Source: Takakia lepidozioides (Eukaryota; Plantae; Bryophyta). Taken from it: a stretch of DNA of 64,000 nucleotides. The first letter of the stretch is position 1; each line of letters begins with the position of its first letter. Below the pieces are notes generated by a model that did no database searches, was not told the DNA's origin, and saw nothing but the letters and a program-made list of their open reading frames with translations. This document shows, piece by piece, positions 53,837 to 64,000 of this stretch. The stretch spans positions 38,130,001 to 38,194,000 of the forward strand of contig CM060731.1 in assembly GCA_030704615.1 (NCBI GenBank). The letters are read 5' to 3'. The position numbers were made by a program, and so were the translations under genes.

Positions 53837-56800
53837 AATGTTCATAGGGATACTGAATTCTGTTCTTTGAAGAGTCTTCAGGTAGAGGTAGCGCTTACAC
53901 AAGGCTTAAGGCTGCTTGAGAAGTGGGAGCATGCTACGCTGCAGTTGACACAGTTGACCTGGCCCATGTATGAGCTTCATACTTGGGTAGGGAAGCCCTT
54001 CAAGGATGACATGCTGTTGATGTTTCATACTCGACTTGATGACATCCTCAAAATACGAGAGGTTAGTACTGTGTTACACTAGCATCTAGGAGTAAACCGA
54101 AGTCGGGGTTGACTCTCTGTTCAGTCAGATATCATTATGCACACAATAGGTGAGAACTCATTCATGCAGACCTGTTCTTGCTGACTAGAGCTAGGTTTTG
54201 CATCAGAAGAGTACATGGTGACATCTGACATGCCCTCATCTTAGTTAGATTGCAGCGGCTTACGTAGCATGTCCTTCCTTCAGTGCTTGAGCCTTGTTGC
54301 TACAAAGGGTGGAAAATCAAAATGAACAATCTGTTACAAACAATGTTAGCGCAGGTACATGAAAGGCTGCTGATGCTGGTCTCTGCAAATGAGATGCGCT
54401 CACTGGCTGAGCGTGTGTTCCAACCTTTCTCTACTGTGAGACCTTTTGAATGCACGTCGACTGCTGAGAGTCTGTGGAAGGTTGCTTTCTCCCACCTGTT
54501 CACTCTAAGGGCTCATAGTCTTGTTTCAGTGGTAACAAGTGGTATTGACTGAAAAGACTTTCTCATAATCTTTATCTGCTTTCTCAACGAGGTATAGGTG
54601 AAACCCTAAAAGCAGATACATGTCCTGAAAGATGCATGCAAAGGGTTCGATAATTTTGGTTTGGCATCAGAGCAGCATTCTAGGACGCCCAATACTTACA
54701 GATAGATTCATGTTGTATGTCTGATGTAGGCTGCTTTGGTGGAGTATGAGGAAAAGATGCTTCCAATAGAGGGGAAGATAGCCTTAAAACTGCGGGAACT
54801 CTTTTGCTCTTCTCTCCTACCTTCCTTTGCAGCATCTGTCAGAGAAAATGCAAACAACTCTGTTTCAGCTATGGCTCGGCCTCATCAGGTGGCAAACTTC
54901 TTTTCTTCTGGTTATAATGCATTCCTTAGACCATCTGGTGTTTGCAAATTTCTCTTTAGCTTTCAGGAATGTCCCAATTGCACTGACTTTATATGCAAAG
55001 TTTCCCTCTGTTGGGGAACCTTGGTAAATGAAGGCTAGTAATAAGATAAAGAGGTCGGTGTATCCTTGCACAGCCACATCTTTTTAAATTTGTTGTGCTG
55101 ACAGCTGTGTGTAGGTGATGGGAGAACTGCGCAGGTTTAAAGAGCTCTTTGGAAAACCTCTTGTGGTGCAGTGTCTGGCAAGTGAAGGACACAGGCTCCT
55201 CTCACTAATTCAAAGGTGATTGGCAGAGAGTCACAACTTCTTGTTGTTGTTTGATGCCCTTTGTTGTTCTTTGTCTGTCTCCTGTAGAGGAAATCAAAGT
55301 CGCAAGCTCCTCAATCAGAAGCATTCCTACTTTGTGTTGTGTGAAGGAGGAACCATGGAATCATTGATATGCACCAGTGTCAGCATGCAGGCATGTTGAA
55401 GCTCTGAGGAGTACATTTGAAGAGAAGTGTGTTGTGTTCAGCACCCATAATAGAAAGAATGAATTTGATGTGGCCTTGCCCCACTGCCATGCGGGGATAG
55501 TTGTTGGAAGCATCTACTGGTTGCTCCAACATGAATATAAGGTATGTTATGCTGTTGGCTGCTCTAAAGTTGTCTTTTAACCATTGTAGTAGATGCTGAT
55601 CTACACCGTTCTTCAACAAAATCCAGGACCCTCCAGGACCCTGGCCGCACAAAGTCATCTTGAATCTGTGGAACTCCTTTAGCAGTACATAATAGCTGGA
55701 ATGCAGCATCGAACAGATGGCCCAGTAGTTAGGGCACAAGGCCTCCTTATAACCAGTTGTGGGTTCAAAGCCACATAAGTGTATGTTGGATGCCACCCAT
55801 TAGGAGACCAAAATTCAAATGGTTGGACGTGCGAGATAGGTTGCCCGATAGCCAAGTGGCCACATTTTCAGAATAAGACCCAGCTATAAAAGGGGGGTTG
55901 CTGGGTCAACCAGTCACCTAATGTGTGGGTACCTTGGGACTTTCGAGTTCTTGGGGGAGGTTTGGGCAACCATGCCTGGTTGTGGCTGTTAGATGGTGTC
56001 CACCTTGCAAACAGAAGGCAGTAGCACTTTGGGGTAAAGTGACACCATATATCCGCTTGCTTCAGCAGGAGTGAACACTTTTTATTTTGCTGGAATGCTG
56101 ATTGTGTCAATAGAACACACTTGAAGTTATCTTGCAATATGTGAATCAGGTAGAGGAGACAAGGTGTACAGTTCTTGCCTTGATGCCTATTCTTGAAGCA
56201 GCAACCTCTGAAGCTCCATCCGCACAATGGCTTAACAATGAACTGAGGTGCTACACTTGACTATTGCAGGCTACCAGAATACTCTGGTCACTTTAAGTGT
56301 ATGGCTCGTGGGGTACCTTGTTATTGCAATTGAACTCTAATAGTTGCACTCACATGAAGAGATATCACATGTACCTAACTGGTTCGCCAGCTTGTGCCTT
56401 TCAGTGAATTGTTGCAGGATATTTCTGGCTACAAGAGAAGCCAGTTCAAGGTACGTACTATCTACATAACTTACATGTGGTGTGTGTAACTTAATGCCCA
56501 ATAGAAGGCTACCTTCTGAGGGGAGGAGTATGATCAAATATCTTCACATACCCACATATTCTGAGAACATGCTTCAGACATTTTAAACTTGATGGTCGGG
56601 TCTAGAAACCCTTTCATACCCGTTTTCATATGTGTCTGATAGTAGCCAATTACTTCTTGCCAGTTATGGGAGATGGGGGTTCGAGCAAATTTGAAGACTG
56701 TGTCCTTGGAGACCTCAGACAGGCTTCTGAGACTTGATCCAACAGATGGACATGTTGAGGTGACCTTTTCTTACTTTCAAGGTGGTTTATTGTTATATGT

Positions 56801-59800
56801 AAGGAAAATGGATCACTGTTAAGAAAGTGGACAAGGAATGCATGGAGGTCAAAGAGCTGAGGGTTGGCATCGTTCTTGCAGGTCACTTTTGATGATGAGT
56901 TGATGGCCATTATTCGTGAGACTCGCCAGCTTGTTACATTGGGGTTCACCATCGACGTATGTTCACTCTATTTCAAACTTTTGCGTACCTTACGTGGACT
57001 GACGGTATTCAATGAAGTTGATCACAGTACAGAGTTTTAGATGTTGCAAATAGAGACCCAAGGATGAAGCAAAGAGGCCTGGTCTCTGTTTGATGGTTGC
57101 ATTACCCCATGTTTACAAATCCAGCACATGGATTTCTCTTTCCCAGCTGCATGGAGTCACTGTCCCTGAAACAGCCTATTCTCAGTTCGAACTTGGCTTA
57201 TCATCAAGGGTGATAGGCCTGTTAGACACATGTAAGGCAAGAAAGTTGCCAGGACATCCATGCCTTAATAATGAAGGGATTCTCTATCCAGTGACTACTT
57301 TGACAAGATTGTGGGTGCTTGTATTGGCAGCTGGAAATAGTTAATGCAGTGGAGACAGCGCAGAGATTTCAGAAGCAGGGCATGCTGTTGAAGCAGGTGG
57401 CCAACTTTTACAATGAAATTGCTACTCAAATGATCCCCTGCCAAAAAATTATCATGTTGCAAGATGCACTGCGCTTTGAGGCCATTTTAAAGAACCCTTG
57501 CGACTCTTTGGGAAAACCTATCCACTGGAACAATGTTTCAGCTGTGCAGGTACTGTTTAATATGACTTCTCTGAGGCATCAAGCTTTCCTTGTTGCTCAG
57601 TATGCCATTGATGGGGCAAATGACATATAGGTGGCAGTCCACTACTATGAGTCTTAGGAAGGATATAAAATAGAAATCTGTCCACTATGTGTAATGTCCA
57701 TTTTGCTATCGTATGAACTCATCTGTAAGACAACCTCGCCTTTGCATCGTTCTTCTCCATTATTTATACCAGTGTGCTTCTAGTATGTTCATCATGAAAA
57801 ATTTGTGTTCGTCATCTGTTGTACTTGGAAGATTACGGATGTGTACATTCCAAGTAGCACATACTCGTGTCATACATGTGCTTGCTTGACAGACTTTGAA
57901 ACTGTTGGTTGTATATGATGAAGAGCTACACAGAGCGACTCCAGGAGATAACCACTGAGCTGTCAAAGAAAAACAGAATGCTCCAGATACAGCATAGGTC
58001 TGTCGTGCTTGGGCCTTGCTGCACATGTTCTGGTTCAAACTGTGGTTGTGCTAATCTGTTTGTGTTGCTATTCAACCTTGTGCCCATTTGAGGTATGAGA
58101 CTTATGTAGAGCTCTATTCTTAAGAACGATGCAACTCAATTTTTGGCTCAGACATGAAGGGTTTCAATGGACCTTAGATCAGGGGCTGCCAAGTGGTCAA
58201 CCATGAACAAGGTCCCTTTTGTTGCGATCATTATTTTTCGACATTTGAAATGATGAGTAGGTAACAAAGGAACTTTATGATATCCACGACAAGCGAGGAG
58301 GGTCCATGGACAATGTACATCAAACCAAGATATACTTCAGGTGTCTCCCCGAGATGAAGGGCCACACAGCCAGGCACTTGGATCTTCAAAGCTGAAGGCC
58401 ACTGCCAAAGATTGGGAAGCTCTAAGATTGGCAAGAAGGTATTGTACGCGAAGGAATAAAGTACACTCACAATTTGGCACAATGTGAGAGCACTGCCGAG
58501 GAAGTGGGCAGATACTTCTTATCACTTCAAACAGAAACTCTAAACTTATTATTGCATATCAAACTAAAAACTCGCCATTTCAGGTTAGATTAGTGCCTCT
58601 TCAGGTGCCCATCTCTATACTCTCCAAGTACTAACACAGACAGAAACCTGGGTGCAGTAAGCTGGTGCAGATTGTTAAGCACTTACTGACCATGGGGCTG
58701 CAACATAATCAAGACCAGTGGAAGAGCTGTTTGAGGGCGATGGGAGTCATCTTTGATGAGGCTGAGAAGCAGGGCTTCTCTCAACTCAGTGAATGGCGTC
58801 TTCATTGGGATGCGCAGGTATCTTCTGCAAGATAAGCGGCACTTTTCAAAAACTAATTTGATGATTTGACATGCTGGTATTGTATACGGAGTGGGTCCAC
58901 AAACTCTTGCATTTGAGAGGGGGATCCTAATCCTGTCATCGGCAGTCTTTGAACAAGCGTACTGCATGGGTGCCAGCTCTATAAAGCTTTGGAGCATCAG
59001 TACCATCTGGGTCTCAAGCAGATGACAGATTTTCTTCCTGAGGTTAATCTTTTTTCCCCATCTATTATTTGGTCCTTGGAAGTCTGATTCTCTCTTTCTT
59101 TCTTGGCTCTGGTTTTGTTTCCTCTCTCTTGTTTTTCCATTTTGTCCCATAAGCTCTTTGAGCTTTCGGCGGACATTATAAAGTACCATTTCTTTTCACT
59201 TCCGTTCATTTCTTTCTTGCACCGGGCGCAACCAGGAAATTGAAATTGAAGAACGCTTCTTCTTTTATTGCCCTCTGTATTGTGAGATCCGTGGGAAATT
59301 CCACTGTCTATTCCCTGGAACTCAATCTCTCACTGAAGTCTTCCACTATGAGGACCAGAAATGCTTGCCAGCTTACCTGCACGAGGCCTTGACCTTAGAC
59401 AATCCCTTGAGCAGTAGTTGCTTTTGGGCTGTTTTTTGGCTCTGGTTTTGTTTCCTCTCTTGTTTTTTCCATTGTGTCCCATAAGCTCTTTGGACATTAT
59501 AAAGTACAATTTGATTTGATTCGATTTTGTAATTAATATGTATAGAAAAGGCAAAGCCACATCAAATTTGTATTCATCTAGATGCCCATTGGTCCCTTTG
59601 GGCCTCTCATGGAGTTCTTATGGAAGTAAATCTGTTTGTCTTTTTTCTGTCTCGAAGTTGAATCATAGTTTTTGGTTGGTGGCTACTTGATGGGGGCCCC
59701 ACTTTTCTTTTCTATTTTTTTCTATTTTCTTGTGTACCCTAAGATCTTTGAGCTTCCCATGGATGTTGTAAAGTTCCTTTCTTTTCCTTTCTTTTGATTC

Positions 59801-62800
59801 CATAGGCCTTAAGAGTCTCTTCTTTGGTGTGATGCACATGAATAAATAGTCTACGAGAAGCATCAATTATGTGAGCTTTCAAGTACTTTATTTGCTTATC
59901 TGCAGACATAGCTGAGGTGTATTTTAAATGTGTATCTCAAGTATACCTGTAGAACAAAGCTTTGTTGGAAGACGTCTTGGTAGTTTGGGATGTATCTGTG
60001 TGACTTTGAGTTGGGTAATGGGCTCAACACTTCTGCTATGGAATGTTACTTGTTAGTGTTCATGTACGAAGTTTACTGCTTGAAAAGCTGGGTACAAAAT
60101 TCCAATGGCTCTTCAATGTCAGATGCAAGTAAAGTTGGTGCTCAAGCACAGATGCCTACAATTTGAACCTCCTTTTGAGGAGATCCGTGGAAGCCTGTAC
60201 AAAGAGATCAAAAAGCATCTTAGGTACATGGGCTATGACAATACCTTAAATTATTAGCTTAATGTGGTTTGAGGATAATGGAACACTTACCCAATAAGAA
60301 AGAAAAACAAATTTGAAAGTCAATCACCCAATGGTTGTGAAGCGGCAGTAATGCACAAGATAATGACGGTCTCTAGTCAAGCACCTGAGCCTGCTCTTAT
60401 CATTTATCACAAGTGCAGAAAAAAGGAACACAGTTTTCCATTAAAGCATCAATACTAGTCTCCTTTATAATTTTGGTGGCCAATACACTCTAATGGCAGC
60501 TTGATATCGCACCAAGACTTCAAGCACAATAATTAGGTATTCTCTGCCAACCACATGTCCACCTCTCCTTCAAAAAACCTGCTACATCTGCAAGGACTCT
60601 TCACAAAACATTCAGTGCCAGATAAAATCCTTGCGAGGTGGCATGCAATATAAACTCCTAATATAGGGGGACACTGTTTGCATTTGCAGCGCTGAATCAA
60701 GTTTGACAGGGTGTGTCCAACTTGTCGGAAATTTCTGAGAAGTGGTTCAAGAGACGTAGATCTGGTATTCAGGGTTGGGTCTGGACTTCAGCACTGAAAA
60801 CATTTAGCAAGTACTGGAGTTTTTCCATCTTTTCTCATGGAAAAATCCTTGCACATTGCAGCTTGCCTTTGAACTTCAGAGGAGTCAGCAGCCATATTGA
60901 TCTGTTTCAGAAAATTGTGATGGGCGTTGGAGCTGTGTCTGGCATGAAGACTTTGTACGAGAGGTAGACCTTTTTCTTGCAAAGCAGTGACATCAATACT
61001 TTGTCCGTCTTGAGAGCAGCCGAATCATGTTCTTAGCAGAGCCTACTTAAACTCAGTATTAACGTCACTGCATGGGTTTATTTTTCAAATGCACCATGCC
61101 TTCCTTGTCTGACCAACACATTCTCCCAGGACTGAGAACCTACTTGGACGGTTGGTTGACGAGCAGCGAAAACTTGTGGACCTGTTTGTATTGGTAATTC
61201 CTCCCACTATCTTCATGACCAACAGTCTATGCAACCTTTCCAGCTTAGGTGACGTTTAGTCTCAGGTTTCACTGGTGAATGTTGTTTACTATGCAGGGAA
61301 CTGTGGATGTGGAGGAGCTTGTTGAGTCACATATGAAAGATGTCACAGACTGGGAGCTCAGTTTTAAGAGCCTGAGAGCCCGTAACAAGGAATCTGAAAA
61401 ATTCCCTTCAGAAATTAAGGTAACTGGTGTCCTCCTTTTTGTGCATGTTGCTCTCTATTTCATGGTTTTTTCATAATTCCATGAGTACAGATCAATAGTT
61501 CATTTGGTTTAGGGTGGGCTCGCACAGTCTGTGGATAGAGACTGGTGGATGGGAAAATCTGCAAAATGATGACCGCCTATGCCCTGCTTGCTCTGGGAAC
61601 TACAGGGAAGTCAAAACTGAAGGACATTCCCTTGACCTTTAGTTGCTTGTGGGCTGTTGTTGCCCCTCTCTCTTTTTTTGTCAGGCTACGGCAAACAACG
61701 TCTTATGAGTACAATCTCTTTTTTTTTTCTTCCACTTGTCCCATAAGCTCTTTGAGCTTCCTGCAGACGTTATAAAATACCATCTCATCTCATTGTCTAT
61801 TAACACATCCTTAAAACTAAGCTATCACAGTTTCTATCTAATGCAGCATCTGGGTGGCCCCTGGCCCAACCTTGATTCCAAGAGAGGGAATACCGTGCAG
61901 GTCAGGCTCACATTCACATATTGATCTTGAAGCCTTGTCATGCGACACCTGCTTGGAAAATATCTTCACTGGCCAATATATTGTACTGGTTAAGCAGTCT
62001 AGAGGGGTAGTCAAACTTTGTGTGTAAGAGACAGGTGTTTGTGTATGACAGGTAGGGTGCTATAGAATATCTACAGTTCCAGCAAAAGCAGCGTTGGATG
62101 AACACCTGAAGCGACTACACAAGGGTCTATGTGATACATTGCAAAGGAGAGCCATGGCAGACATGAAATTAATTGAGGAGGTTATGGCAAAAGGGAATAG
62201 CTTACTTGAAAGCAACCTTTATTTTGTGGAGGATATTGAATGCACACGGCAGGCTGCCTCAGAACTAGTGAGTCTTTCACCCTTCAGGTTCAGACTGCTG
62301 CCTAGGTAGGATGGTGCTGCAGATACATATCACAAGAACGAAGAACCTTGCACAATTTAAAGACAGAAAGTGAAATGAAATGAAATGGTGCTTTATAACG
62401 TCTGTGGAAAGCTCATAGAGCTTATGGGAGAAAAGAAAGAAAAATTAAGAAATGAAATGGTACTTTGTAAGAAGATAAAAAATTATTGCATCCATTAGAG
62501 ACCCGAGGGGCTGTCGACAAAGTAAATTCTAAAATAAGAATTCCAACAAAGAGTTAATCCAGACAATTTTCTTTTCTTAACGTCCAATTTTCTTTTCTGA
62601 TACACTGTCCGGGGTTCTCTCACCAAAGAGACGCTCTCTTCAAATCTATCAGGAATTGTGCCTGTACCCCTGTTTAACAACTTTGAAAGTCTCAAGGCTG
62701 AGCCAAAAGCCCAGGCCCTCCTGAGGCCTAGTTTTTGGGCAAATCACACACAGCAGATTGATGCTTGTGTGAAGGGATTTCTAGAGTGTATCTGGAAAAC

Positions 62801-64000
62801 CTGGATTAATTCTATACATGAAGGTAAGTCTTACTACCAACGTCAGCCCCTGACAGAGGTAGTTCTGTCCCTTGTTCCGCTCAAACTGGGCGCGGGGTCA
62901 ATGGCCACAAGGCTACGGCAAATAACGTCTTATGATTACAATCTTAACGTCCACTGTATGCCCAGGAGGGCTTGTTAAGACAGGATAAAGAAGGAAAGAA
63001 AAGAAAATGTCTTTAGTGAGAAGGAAGCCTATGCGACCACTTGCATTGTTCAGGGAGTTTTTTGTGGAAGGAGAGGATGAGGTGGTTGCTATCTTTTCTG
63101 TCTACACAAGATCAATTAGTCTAGGACATATTTTGGAACAAAACCAAAAGGACTTTGATGTGACTCGACACTTTTTCAATCAATGGCACTTCTGTGGTTT
63201 TGAGTAGCTACTATTTGTATCCTCCTCACTGAGAACATAGGACCCACTTCTGAGATCTTTCTGTGCAGATTGCACTGACACCAAAAATGCTGGAGTTGCG
63301 GCGTAAGTGTGAAGCGAAAATGTGGCTGCTGCGGCAAGTCACAGGACTTCAAGGTTTTGATAATGGTCTTGTGAGCTACAATGAAGGACTCAACAGCTCA
63401 ATCATTGCTAATGACTGGGAAGGATTTGTTGCGAATCTCAGTCAGCATGAGGTTTGAATCCGATTGCACCTACTGTCCACTGTATGTGAAGGCACCTTAA
63501 ATTCAGCGAGGATCTTGCAAAGCATATGACCCCTTTTATAGAAGCCTATGTCTCTCAAGTACGCAATAGTACAAGACTTGGTTCCTGCTTTGGTTCCTGT
63601 GATTGATGGACGTTTAAGAGTAGATTGGGTTGTCTCAAGGTCCATTAGTGCTTCATACAAAGACGGGAAGGTCTTGACAATTTAAGTGCATGGATTCAGG
63701 CCCATCTGACACAACAAGGAGATAGGATGAGAGAAAAGATGAACCGAAATTGAGGAGCTTGATGCCAGGATTCAAGTATCTGCTGCTCGCTGGTACTTCA
63801 TGTTTTATCTTGGTGTTGTCACATGGTGTATTTTTTTTCATTCTAGTTGACCCATTTAGGTGGTGTGTTATTTCGCTCTTTTCTTCTTAGGTTCTTAGAG
63901 ATATGCTTGCACTCCGGAAGGGAGATCAAATGATGCAAATCAATCAGACTTTGCTTCGTAGGAGATGGTTTGATGGTGCCAGGAGGCCTGCTAACTGCAC
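49357..64000 (+). CDS. DYNC2H1: Cytoplasmic dynein-2 (IFT) heavy chain, N-terminal tail exons, running off the right edge; apparent lesions suggest a possible pseudogene
   Basis: About 22 short exons. Motifs NFEGTLTVLDEVDRW, GLDLWTDPF, RLDDILKIRE, IIRETRQLVTLGF, LKQVANFYNEIATQMIPCQKIIMLQDALRFE, WRLHWDAQLYKALEHQY, LQFEPPFEEIR, DWELSFKSLR match dynein-2 heavy-chain tails from memory. Confidence 0.88.
51000..51485 (-). repeat. Head-to-tail stack of short LINE 3' termini of two families
   Basis: Family B at ~51012 and ~51089; family A at ~51190 and ~51288; separated by GAAA/GAAAT/GA tracts; all co-oriented with the LINE at 51486. Confidence 0.8.
51486..53790 (-). mobile_element. 5'-truncated RTE/RTEX-like LINE in a dynein intron
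   Basis: KAGGPDGI, GVAQGCTLSPLLFNVFI, ALMFADD, YTYLGV, RPALEYG, VRGEFG, C-terminal CPLC...HFLIHC; frameshifts and stops; TGAA(GA)nTT on both flanks. Confidence 0.9.
55717..55780 (+). mobile_element. Degenerate tRNA-derived SINE head in a dynein intron
   Basis: A-box-like TGGCCCAGTAGTTAGGGC and B-box-like GGTTCAAAGCC about 30 bp apart. Confidence 0.5.
62600..62942 (+). mobile_element. 3'-end copy of the RTE/RTEX-like LINE
   Basis: PVPLFNNFESLKAEPKAQALL... matches the reverse complement of 51486-51800 and ends ggctacggcaaataacgtcttatgattaca. Confidence 0.9.

Overview
Intron-rich plant nuclear DNA, most likely from a bryophyte-grade plant with flagellated sperm (inferred from a moss-like PLS-DYW PPR gene plus an IFT dynein heavy chain). 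Host genes: first exon of a plastid-targeted gene (possibly starch synthase II, - strand), a 12-exon plastid sugar transporter (-), a candidate 3-exon 90-aa small gene absent from the ORF track (+), SPO11-2 (+), an intronless PLS-DYW RNA-editing factor (-), a plastid ALDH3 (+), and the 5' part of a cytoplasmic dynein-2 heavy chain (+) with apparent inactivating lesions. Mobile DNA: a PIF/Harbinger deletion derivative, a CRE-type RLE retrotransposon, an L1, an RTE/RTEX-like LINE with many short 3'-tail copies, tRNA-derived SINE heads and MITEs. The most notable feature is a ~7-kb Penelope-like retroelement (31777-38830). It has a Naiad/Chlamys-type RT, ~620-bp direct pseudo-LTRs, an unknown upstream ORF1 and putative introns. 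It shows no recognisable GIY-YIG endonuclease or hammerhead ribozyme and sits in a (GA)n microsatellite. Exon coordinates were read by eye and may be off by a few bases; no database searches were run.
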